DNA of 34,746 bases from a virus (taxonomy: Duplodnaviria > Caudoviricetes): positions 1 to 34,746 of IMG/VR virus record IMGVR_UViG_3300013126_000116; one strand, written 5' to 3'. A program made the position numbers and the translations under genes. Each line of letters starts with the position of its first letter. Within the stretch, counting starts at the first letter, position 1. This document shows, piece after piece, positions 9,120 to 16,795 of this stretch. The notes under the pieces were generated by a model that was not told the DNA's origin, searched no databases, and saw only the letters and a program-made list of their open reading frames with translations.

Positions 9120-9371
9120 ATAAATTTTCAATTTAAGTTTACCATTTCCCTTAATAGCTCTATGCCATTTATGTTTAGGAATGTAGATTGGTTTATTTAA
9201 TGAAGTTGGTAATTCGTTGTCTAACTGTATTTTCCAATCTGTTTTGCCAATTATTTCAATTGTTCTGTCTTCATTATCTCGATGCCACATTAATTCTATA
9301 GGATCAATGTTTTCATCAAACTCCCTAATAATATATTTGTCAGTAACTTCTATATTAGTATAAGGTCTCAT
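9111..9371 (-). CDS. Small cupin-fold protein
   Basis: Cupin motif 1 (WHRD.E) and motif 2 (IYIPKHKWHR..KG.G.L). Confidence 0.75.
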   Translation of the reverse strand: MRPYTNIEVTDKYIIREFDENIDPIELMWHRDNEDRTIEIIGKTDWKIQLDNELPTSLNKPIYIPKHKWHRAIKGNGKLKLKIYLV

Positions 9372-9610
9372 TTAATAGGTTCCCACCAATTTGTACAATA
9401 TTCGTTAGCTTTATAAGGAATTTTATTAGTACCTGCCCATTCAACGTAATAAGTACTTGAACAAATTTGTTCTTCTTTATTCCACCATTTACAGTTAGCA
9501 CAACAAGAACCTCCTTTAGGTACTTTTAAACCGGCTTTATGAGTAGGTGGTAAAACCATTTCACCAGGTCCACCATAATTTTCAGTAAGTATATTAGTTA
9601 ACTTAAGCAT
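9368..9610 (-). CDS. Cys-rich small protein with N-terminal capsid-targeting-like tag
   Basis: Starts MLKLTNILTE; CCANC...C...YCTNWW, possibly metal-binding. Confidence 0.7.
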   Translation of the reverse strand: MLKLTNILTENYGGPGEMVLPPTHKAGLKVPKGGSCCANCKWWNKEEQICSSTYYVEWAGTNKIPYKANEYCTNWWEPIK

Positions 9611-9926
9611 TTTTATTTTTAATTAATAATTCACCTAAAACTTCTAAACGACCAACTTCTCTTTGAAATTCAATTTGAGACATGTCTAAAGAGATTTTTT
9701 TATAAGTTTCTTCAAATTCTTTTTTTGCTTTTTCTAAATCTAATTTACCTTCGCTTGCCTTTTTATAATATGGTAATTTAACTTTAAAATGATGCCAAGT
9801 TAAAAGTGCTAAACCTCCTTTTTTATGAGCATTATCAGCAATTTTTTTAGCTCCACCCATACGAGTTTGACTAAAATCTTCAAATTGGTTTTTTGCTTCT
9901 ACTAGTATGTCTTTAAACTTAATCAT
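9603..9926 (-). CDS. Hypothetical protein with N-terminal capsid-targeting-like tag
   Basis: Starts MIKFKDILVE; 8-nt overlaps with both neighbours. Confidence 0.7.
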   Translation of the reverse strand: MIKFKDILVEAKNQFEDFSQTRMGGAKKIADNAHKKGGLALLTWHHFKVKLPYYKKASEGKLDLEKAKKEFEETYKKISLDMSQIEFQREVGRLEVLGELLIKNKNA

Positions 9927-10377
9927 TTTTTAATCTTTGGGTTTTTCTTTTAGATGCTTCTTTTTTAGCAGTAATATATGTTAATCCTTTTTTTAAACGA
10001 GCTTTTACTTCAGGATTTTTTGCTTTACTGTATGCTGCTCTTACACGTTGGTGAATTAAATTAATAATTTGTGATTGACGAGCATGACTTTTTGATTTAA
10101 ATGATGATTTAGATAATGTATTTTTAATATCTTGAACAGTTTTAAATTTAACACCTACAGTATCTGTTGGATCTTCATCTGTATATAAACGACGACTTGA
10201 TCCTTTTGGTTTTTTACCAGTACCTACTTTAGGTTCATTACCTTCTAGATATCCTCTTTTCACAGCTAAATTTTGATCATTAGTCCAAATATCAGATGCT
10301 TTGTATCTAATTTTTGACACCATATTTGCTTTATATGGTGGATACATTTCATTTAATATGTCAAGTAATTTAATCAT
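9919..10377 (-). CDS. Basic hypothetical protein with N-terminal capsid-targeting-like tag
   Basis: Starts MIKLLDILNE; very basic domain beginning RRLYTDEDP after YLEG. Confidence 0.7.
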   Translation of the reverse strand: MIKLLDILNEMYPPYKANMVSKIRYKASDIWTNDQNLAVKRGYLEGNEPKVGTGKKPKGSSRRLYTDEDPTDTVGVKFKTVQDIKNTLSKSSFKSKSHARQSQIINLIHQRVRAAYSKAKNPEVKARLKKGLTYITAKKEASKRKTQRLKND

Positions 10378-11102
10378 TTTGTTTTACCCCATGTTTTACC
10401 TTTGCCGGGTCTTCTACATTGACTTGGGGTAGGACGACAAGAAGGATACTTTGATCTTACTTCTCCTTTTTTTCTTCCACAAGGTTTACATTTACCATCA
10501 CGACAAGTATTACAATCTACCCATCCTCCAGTTTTACCTGGTGCTCCTTTTCGTTTAAACCAAGTTCTTAATGTTTCTTTTTTAGCTTCGTCTAATTTAG
10601 ATTTTCTTTTTTCAATATAAGACTCAATATCTTCGGCTTTATAGCTCAATAATTGGCCTATTCTTCTAGCATCTTCATCGGTAGCTTCATATGATAAATA
10701 ACCGTTGTATTTTTCTGCTATGTCTTTTAATTCATTAGCTTCATTTTCAGCTTCTTTTACATAAAAAACATAAGCTCTATGAGGATTTGAAGGAACTTTA
10801 ACAACACCTAAATCAAATTTTTTTACAATGTCCCAAAAATTTTTTTCAGGAAAATCCATACCATCTAAAACTATAAAACCTAATTTTCGTTTTCCATCTA
10901 AAACAGTTTTTATAGAATCTTTATCTTCGTATGCTTCTTCAGCACTAATTTCTTCTTTTATTCCCTTCCAAATGTTTCCTTTACGACACCTAACAATAGC
11001 ACCAGACTTATATGCTGATGGCTTACTATAACGACGATCTGCTATACGTTTACAGCGATCTTCGGTAAGTACTTCAAGCAATATATTGGTAAGTTTAATC
11101 AT
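10374..11102 (-). CDS. Three-part hypothetical protein (basic Cys peptide / acidic domain / basic Cys-rich peptide) with N-terminal tag
   Basis: Starts MIKLTNILLE; PSAYKSGAIVRCRK module; IKEE and LDE boundaries; C-terminal LRTWF...WVDC..C...C..CGR...YPSCRP module. Confidence 0.72.
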   Translation of the reverse strand: MIKLTNILLEVLTEDRCKRIADRRYSKPSAYKSGAIVRCRKGNIWKGIKEEISAEEAYEDKDSIKTVLDGKRKLGFIVLDGMDFPEKNFWDIVKKFDLGVVKVPSNPHRAYVFYVKEAENEANELKDIAEKYNGYLSYEATDEDARRIGQLLSYKAEDIESYIEKRKSKLDEAKKETLRTWFKRKGAPGKTGGWVDCNTCRDGKCKPCGRKKGEVRSKYPSCRPTPSQCRRPGKGKTWGKTK

Positions 11103-11980
11103 GTATAAATTATAGTTTTTATTTCATCTGTAGGTACTAACTTACCGCCTACACTTTCTATTTTTTGTTTTATTTCTTCAAAGTTTTTTGGTTGTACGGT
11201 TACTTTAAAACTTTTTGGGTTTTCTTGAACAAACTTAAAAAAATCATTTAATGTAGGAAATAAATCTGTTATATTATTACGGTCATAACTATATTTTTTT
11301 ATTGATACAGCGTCACCGGGGATTTTTAAATACTGTTTCTTTTCTAAAAATGGTTTTAAAAATCCATATTTAGTTGATCTAAATGTTGTAACTTTTCTTA
11401 AAAATCTACGTTGGTTAAATATATAAATTCCAAATTCTTTTCTTATTCCCATTTCTACACTTCCATACTGTACTGCTAATCTTCTTTCTTCTTCTCTAGG
11501 TAACTCTATATTAAAAGTTTCTGTTACTGTAAAATCTAGTTTATTTACGTTATCATCTATTTTTATTTTTCTTAAGGCTTGAGTTAAATCAATGCCTTGA
11601 GTTAAATCAGAAGTAGGAGCAGCTGTAACTGTAAATTCATCATCTATGTCTACTCCTAAATCTTTTGCTTTAATAGCTGCGCCTTCTACAGGCATTATAA
11701 TACCATTTTGCAATAAAGATTTTATAAATGTACTAGCATTACCTGTTCCTTTAATGTTAAATACTTTTTTAATGTCATCTACATTAAAGTGGTTTATGTC
11801 TTCTAAAGATTCTATTTTCAAAACAATGTCTTGAAATCTAGATCCTGAACCTCTAACGTTAGATAATTTACTTTCCCAGTCATCTGTTAAAGTATAAAAC
11901 TTTTTGATTTGTGGCATTTCAGCCAAATGTCTTTTTACAGCTTCTACTAGTATTGCTTTTATTAAATTTCTTTTTTCCAT
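11099..11980 (-). CDS. Hypothetical protein with a variant N-terminal tag and a possible winged-HTH domain
   Basis: MEKRNLIKAILVE...HLAE; segment NVDDIKKVFNIKGTGNASTFIKSLLQNGIIMP has a wHTH-like pattern. Confidence 0.6.
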   Translation of the reverse strand: MEKRNLIKAILVEAVKRHLAEMPQIKKFYTLTDDWESKLSNVRGSGSRFQDIVLKIESLEDINHFNVDDIKKVFNIKGTGNASTFIKSLLQNGIIMPVEGAAIKAKDLGVDIDDEFTVTAAPTSDLTQGIDLTQALRKIKIDDNVNKLDFTVTETFNIELPREEERRLAVQYGSVEMGIRKEFGIYIFNQRRFLRKVTTFRSTKYGFLKPFLEKKQYLKIPGDAVSIKKYSYDRNNITDLFPTLNDFFKFVQENPKSFKVTVQPKNFEEIKQKIESVGGKLVPTDEIKTIIYT

Positions 11981-11981
11981 A

Positions 11982-12614
11982 TTACCAAAATCCTGAGTAT
12001 GATGATTTTAATCCTAAAAGTTTACTGTATCTTGGAAGTCTACAGCTCCAATAACTTGCTTTAGTTCTATCTTTTTTATTAGGACAATCGTGACGTTTTG
12101 AAAAAGCTGCTCTTGCTTTAGAATTATTAATTTTAGCAGATAAACCAGTAGTATCACCAAACGATACTTTTTTAACTCCACCACCTGGTTTTCTTACGTA
12201 AACATAGAATTTTTTAGATCCACCACGTTTTGGTTTACCAATTGGAGGTGTTTTTTTCTTCTTATCTGCTTCTTCTAAATCTACTTCTTCTAATAATAAA
12301 TCTATTGGAACTAACTTACCATTATAAAAGTCAAATGTGCCAATTTCTGTTTCTTCTAAAAGTTGTTTATCAGCTCCATCAAAAGTTATTTGTTTATTTT
12401 CGTGTAACCATCTAGCTTCTTGCCATAAGTCAAGAAAAGATTCACTACCATATCTAAATGTATTTTCAGTAATAGGAAGTTTTTGATAAACATGATATAA
12501 CATGTTAGGACTAATTTTTTCTGGATTAGTCGATTCTGTCAATAAAGGAGCTTTAGGTCTAGTACAAGTTGGACATCCTAATCCTTCTAATAATATGTCT
12601 TTTAATTTAATCAT
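11982..12614 (-). CDS. Hypothetical protein with N-terminal tag and basic C-terminal Cys/His domain
   Basis: Starts MIKLKDILLE; after LLLEE/LEE comes KKFYVYV...KKVSFGD...AFSKRHDC...ASYWSC. Confidence 0.72.
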   Translation of the reverse strand: MIKLKDILLEGLGCPTCTRPKAPLLTESTNPEKISPNMLYHVYQKLPITENTFRYGSESFLDLWQEARWLHENKQITFDGADKQLLEETEIGTFDFYNGKLVPIDLLLEEVDLEEADKKKKTPPIGKPKRGGSKKFYVYVRKPGGGVKKVSFGDTTGLSAKINNSKARAAFSKRHDCPNKKDRTKASYWSCRLPRYSKLLGLKSSYSGFW

Positions 12615-14365
12615 TTTGGTCTGTTTATTGATTTTACTTTTAAACTAGGAAGTATACCTCCTGCTGAATTTCTCATGTCTATTTGATAAATAGTTTCACC
12701 TCCTTCAGGACTATTAGTAGTAACTCTTACTTCACATGATTTACTTGATATTGATGGATATTTTACTTTTACATTAGTTACTTCTCCAATAAGTTCATCA
12801 ATGTCTTCTTTTTGATTTATGTCTTTTATGTAAAGTTCGCCTGGTCTGATTTGTCTTACGTAATAGTATCCATAACCATAGCTAGATCTTAAAAAATTAA
12901 TAATTTTTTGTCCATCATAATCAGTAATATCTTCCCATTGTGACGGTATTCCTTCTTGTTTAACATTATTTTCTAAACCATCTGCTATTTTTTCAGGATT
13001 AACACCAGTAATTTCAACAATTTTTTTAGTTAAACTATCATCTTTTATAAAACTATCTTCATCAAAATAAATATTTTTATCTGGACTTTGTTTAATGAAT
13101 TTTAAAGTTCCTCCATTGTAAACATAATCACCTTTTGGATCTTTTAATGAAATTTTATAATCTTGACCATTAGCTTTAATAATAATATCAGCTATTTTTG
13201 TGCCTATATCTTCAGGTTCTTCTAAACTTGGTTGACGTTTAGTGTCTATTTTACCTGTACCCTCTACATCATCTGGACTTATAGTTTGAGGATTAATTTC
13301 AAGATAATCAAAGAGTTGTTTTACTTCTTCATCTTCTATATCTTTTAATTCTTTACCTGTATTTTGTTTTAGTTTTTCTACAAATTCTTTTTCATAAGCT
13401 TCACCTTTATTAGCACCTGATGCTAATATTACACCAACAGGTCCAAATTCAGTTTCAAAACTATACATAGAAAATTTATTACTGCCATAAGGTTTAACAT
13501 TTATACCTGTTTTAGGAGGAATAACTTTAATATTAGCGTCTGGGTAGAGAGTTTGTAGTAAAGCTTCAAACTGTTCACTAGGTATTTTATTTGGGTTTGC
13601 TACTCTTGAACTTTTGTTCATAGGTTTAAATCCAAATTCCTTATTTTCTTCAGAATTTAAAATTCTTTGAACTACTTTACCACTATTTTGACCAATAGAA
13701 CCTTCCAAAAGTAAAACTTGTCTTAATGCTATACGAAACGCTGTTGGATATTTTTTACCTATTTCTAAAAGAGTCTTTTTTTTTGACTCAACTAAAGGAG
13801 TAGTTGTTGTTTCTTCTGCTGTAGGTAAACTTTCATTTCCTGTTGGTGGAGCTCCTTCTCCGCCTCCTTCTGCGAATGGATTAGATCCTTCAGAAGGTAA
13901 TGGTGTTTCTGTAGATGTATTAGCAGTTGCTTCTTCACTTGGTTCAAGTCCTAACGGAGCTCCCATCATTAATAAGCGAGCTATAGCATCAATTGCTCTT
14001 CCTCGTTCTCCTACGTTTAATAAGTAGTATTTTTTACCAGCTATTTTAGCAATCCAAGTTCTTCCCATGTAAATCATGTAAAAAAACTGGTTATTATGTA
14101 AAATTACTTTAAAAGTTGTTGGAATAGGAGCAATAACATAAATACCTGTTATATAATCTAAAAAATCATTACTAAGTAATGTTTGAAGAGATTCTTTTAA
14201 GGTAGGATAACTATAAAGTATATAACCTATTGGATCTTCTTCAAATGTAGGAATTTTTTTAGTGTCTTTATTAAACTTTTCAATGTAAGCTTTATCCGTT
14301 TCCTTAGATGTGCGGAATTTTTGGTATTCTTCGTCGAATATTTTTTGAAAAGTTTTAATATTCAT
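12611..14365 (-). CDS. Two-domain protein with a putative C-terminal restriction-endonuclease-fold (PD-(D/E)XK-like) domain
   Basis: N-terminal domain, then a P/E/G/T-rich linker ending in LVE, LLE and LLLE, then NKGEAYE...IADIII...YKISLK (E...D...SxK pattern). Confidence 0.6.
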   Translation of the reverse strand: MNIKTFQKIFDEEYQKFRTSKETDKAYIEKFNKDTKKIPTFEEDPIGYILYSYPTLKESLQTLLSNDFLDYITGIYVIAPIPTTFKVILHNNQFFYMIYMGRTWIAKIAGKKYYLLNVGERGRAIDAIARLLMMGAPLGLEPSEEATANTSTETPLPSEGSNPFAEGGGEGAPPTGNESLPTAEETTTTPLVESKKKTLLEIGKKYPTAFRIALRQVLLLEGSIGQNSGKVVQRILNSEENKEFGFKPMNKSSRVANPNKIPSEQFEALLQTLYPDANIKVIPPKTGINVKPYGSNKFSMYSFETEFGPVGVILASGANKGEAYEKEFVEKLKQNTGKELKDIEDEEVKQLFDYLEINPQTISPDDVEGTGKIDTKRQPSLEEPEDIGTKIADIIIKANGQDYKISLKDPKGDYVYNGGTLKFIKQSPDKNIYFDEDSFIKDDSLTKKIVEITGVNPEKIADGLENNVKQEGIPSQWEDITDYDGQKIINFLRSSYGYGYYYVRQIRPGELYIKDINQKEDIDELIGEVTNVKVKYPSISSKSCEVRVTTNSPEGGETIYQIDMRNSAGGILPSLKVKSINRPK

Positions 14366-14973
14366 TACTTACGACGTAATTTTGCTTTTTCTATTTTTTC
14401 ACCTTTAGCAACTCCTGCACCAAAAATATTTTTTTCACCTTTTTTACCAAAACGTTTAGCGTCTCTAGCACGTTTATAATCAGTATCGCCTCTTCCTTCA
14501 TAGAATTGAGCACCTAAAATAATATCTGAGTCAGAAGAATGCATAGAAGGCATATCATCCATTTCTTCACTTTCTTCACCAGCTAAGTAATTGTAAACTG
14601 AATTTAAGTAGTCTTCTGCTTTAGTAAGTTTTGATTGAACCCATGCATCTAATTGTTCTCCATCGTCAATCATGTTACATAACTTATCAGCTAAACTTTT
14701 AACAGAACGAAGTTGACTATGAGCCATATCTGATTCGTCGTCTGGTTGTTTCCAATCGTCTTCTTCTAAGTCTTCAGCATCGTGATACATTTTTACAGGC
14801 TGTTCTTTCATAGTTTTTTTAGCAGCACGTAATGCTTTAAAATCGTCACCTGTAATTTTGTCTTTAGGTTCAGCAGCAGATGCTATTTTCTTTTGTTTAT
14901 CAGACAGCTCATTAAACTCTTTTAAAGCTTGCTGCATGCGCCATTCTCGGATGTCAAAGTTGTTGTTAGTCAT
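14365..14973 (-). CDS. Modular hypothetical protein, probable head internal protein
   Basis: NFDIREW...LKE leader; LSDKQKKIA...DKITGDDFKALR module; ESDMAHSQL...LDAWVQSKLTKAEDYL helical module; basic tail. Confidence 0.68.
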   Translation of the reverse strand: MTNNNFDIREWRMQQALKEFNELSDKQKKIASAAEPKDKITGDDFKALRAAKKTMKEQPVKMYHDAEDLEEDDWKQPDDESDMAHSQLRSVKSLADKLCNMIDDGEQLDAWVQSKLTKAEDYLNSVYNYLAGEESEEMDDMPSMHSSDSDIILGAQFYEGRGDTDYKRARDAKRFGKKGEKNIFGAGVAKGEKIEKAKLRRK

Positions 14974-15313
14974 TTTTATATTCTGTTACTTCGGCGCCTA
15001 ATACATTAGGCATTTTTTTACGAATGTTTTCTAAAATCTTTTTAAGTCTTTCAGAATTTACTTTACCTTCTTTAGTATTTACTTTTATTCCTGTTGAGTC
15101 TTTAACTTCAAACTTAAAAGGAGGTTCAACCATTTTAGATTCTTTAGCTAGTTTAGAATAGTTACTAGGATTGTTTAACCATTTCATAGCACTGTTTCTT
15201 AAACCTTCTGATTTAAATACAAAACCAGGAGTCAACACATCTACTATTTCTTTTTTTTCAGAAATAATACCAGCTAACGCCTGCATTCTTTTTATTTCTA
15301 CTGCTGAGTGCAT
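14966..15313 (-). CDS. Hypothetical protein
   Basis: 115 aa; N-terminal EIKRMQALAGIISE amphipathic segment ending in IxE. Confidence 0.65.
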   Translation of the reverse strand: MHSAVEIKRMQALAGIISEKKEIVDVLTPGFVFKSEGLRNSAMKWLNNPSNYSKLAKESKMVEPPFKFEVKDSTGIKVNTKEGKVNSERLKKILENIRKKMPNVLGAEVTEYKND

Positions 15314-15314
15314 G

Positions 15315-15659
15315 TTATTTTTCTAATTTTGCCATTTCAGCATAAAGTCTTTTCATTTCGTTATGCATTTTTTCTATTTCACCCAATGAATCTTCATATC
15401 CTTCGTGTGTCATAGTTTCATACATACTTTTTACATTATTATGCATTTCGCTCATTTCAGCCATTAATTCTTCTTTTTTCTTTCCTACGTTAAAGGCTTC
15501 AACGATTTCTTTTAATTCGTCTTTAGCAGCTTTAGGATCGTTGGCGTAAAGAGCTTTTAAATATTGTTTTACATCTCCTTTAGTGCAACCAACTTTTGCA
15601 CCCATTTTTCCTTCTTTTGTTTTCTTGTAAACACAAGATCCTTTACTTTTATACGGCAT
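15315..15659 (-). CDS. Hypothetical protein (basic N-terminus, acidic Met-rich coiled coil)
   Basis: MPYKSKGSCVYKK...YLKALYAN, LKE/IVE boundary, then a helical acidic tail; ATATTTAT 4 nt upstream. Confidence 0.68.
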   Translation of the reverse strand: MPYKSKGSCVYKKTKEGKMGAKVGCTKGDVKQYLKALYANDPKAAKDELKEIVEAFNVGKKKEELMAEMSEMHNNVKSMYETMTHEGYEDSLGEIEKMHNEMKRLYAEMAKLEK

Positions 15660-15663
15660 GATT

Positions 15664-15671
15664 ATAAATAT
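15664..15671 (-). promoter_or_regulatory. ATATTTAT motif (putative late promoter heading the tagged-protein operon)
   Basis: Intergenic, 4 nt before the ATG at 15659; a second copy at 15683-15690. Confidence 0.55.
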
Positions 15672-15677
15672 ATTAAT

Positions 15678-16187
15678 TTATAATAAATATTTAAAAGTTA
15701 ATTTTTGCTTAAAATATTTTACTGATTTAGATCTTTTATATATATTATTAATAATACTTCGTGGATTTATATTTAAATATTCTGATGCTTCTTTTACCGA
15801 TTTAAATGTTTTATTTAGTTCTACACATTGAACTTGTTTTCCATTTCTATCTGATACTAATTGTTTAAATCCATTAGGTTTTGATTTTTTTAATTTTTGT
15901 TTTGTTTCTTCTGATCTGGTCCAGGCTCCATTTCCTTTTTCTTGGTTTAGATTACATAAATTTTTATATCCTATTTGTTTACAAAATTCTGCTTCTAATT
16001 CAAATGCTTTTTCTTCACTAATATTATTAACTAATATAATTGTTTCAAAATCATGTTTATTTACAATATTTTTCCAATGTTGATTTCTATCTAACTTATA
16101 CCATGCTCTTCTTCCTGTGCCCTTTCCAATATAAAAACATTTACCATCAGTTTTTTTTACATGAGAATATACATAGAATTTATTCAT
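15678..16187 (-). CDS. GIY-YIG homing endonuclease with NUMOD-type DNA-binding C-terminus
   Basis: FYVY...FYIGKG..RR, AFELE, CNL..E; RSEETKQKL (NUMOD3-like) and VQCVELNKTFKSVKEASEYLNI (NUMOD1/HTH-like). Confidence 0.85.
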   Translation of the reverse strand: MNKFYVYSHVKKTDGKCFYIGKGTGRRAWYKLDRNQHWKNIVNKHDFETIILVNNISEEKAFELEAEFCKQIGYKNLCNLNQEKGNGAWTRSEETKQKLKKSKPNGFKQLVSDRNGKQVQCVELNKTFKSVKEASEYLNINPRSIINNIYKRSKSVKYFKQKLTFKYLL

Positions 16188-16213
16188 ATAATAAAGTTTT
16201 ATTTAATATCCAA
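16187..16213 (-). promoter_or_regulatory. TTGG-N14-TTTATTATA motif
   Basis: Minus strand TTGGATATTAAATAAAACTTTATTATA; its last base is the A of the GIY-YIG start codon. Confidence 0.4.
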
Positions 16214-16795
16214 ATATGTGTCAATTTTAGCTCTTTGGTCAGCAATCCATTGTTTAGTTTCTTTTATTTGTTCTGGAGTTAAACCCTTACCATCCCAACT
16301 TTCTACTTCTCCAGTTTCACTCATAATTTTTTCAAAACCGTTATTAACAAAATCGTCAAATTCTTTTTCGGTTTGGTCTAAAATGTGTTTGTGGTTTTTA
16401 AAATACATGTTCTTCGCGTAGTCATCAAATGTGCCGGCCAATTTCATGTTAGTTTCTTCTCTAGTCACACATTTTGGACATTTATGCGCGAGTTTGTAAA
16501 TATGTTTTACATATTCACTTTGTCTAGCTAATGGCTCATTACATTGAGGACAAGTAAGAGGCATAATATTTGTGTCTTTAAACTTAGCTAACTTACTTAC
16601 AGTGCGTTTTACACCATTTTTAATAGTCCATGTTTTACCATGTTCATCCCAAACGTCTCCTTCTTGTCTTTTTACTTGAGATTCATAACCTGCTTGAATT
16701 GAAGTTCTGTCTCCAGTTTTTTTAGTAACAATGTTACGCATTCGCTGAACTTCACGTTCAGTAAATTCTCTTTTTAGTAAAGTTTCTTTACTCAT
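16199..16795 (-). CDS. Hypothetical protein with a CxxC...CxxC zinc ribbon
   Basis: 198 aa; EGDVWDEHGKTWTIKNG, CPQC and CPKC. Confidence 0.75.
   Translation of the reverse strand: MSKETLLKREFTEREVQRMRNIVTKKTGDRTSIQAGYESQVKRQEGDVWDEHGKTWTIKNGVKRTVSKLAKFKDTNIMPLTCPQCNEPLARQSEYVKHIYKLAHKCPKCVTREETNMKLAGTFDDYAKNMYFKNHKHILDQTEKEFDDFVNNGFEKIMSETGEVESWDGKGLTPEQIKETKQWIADQRAKIDTYLDIK

Noticed and set aside
11130-11190. EEIKQKIESVGGK resembling C-termini of ribosomal proteins bL12/uL15
   Set aside because: The match is only about 13 aa of a generic amphipathic helix-turn, and the rest of the protein shows no similarity.
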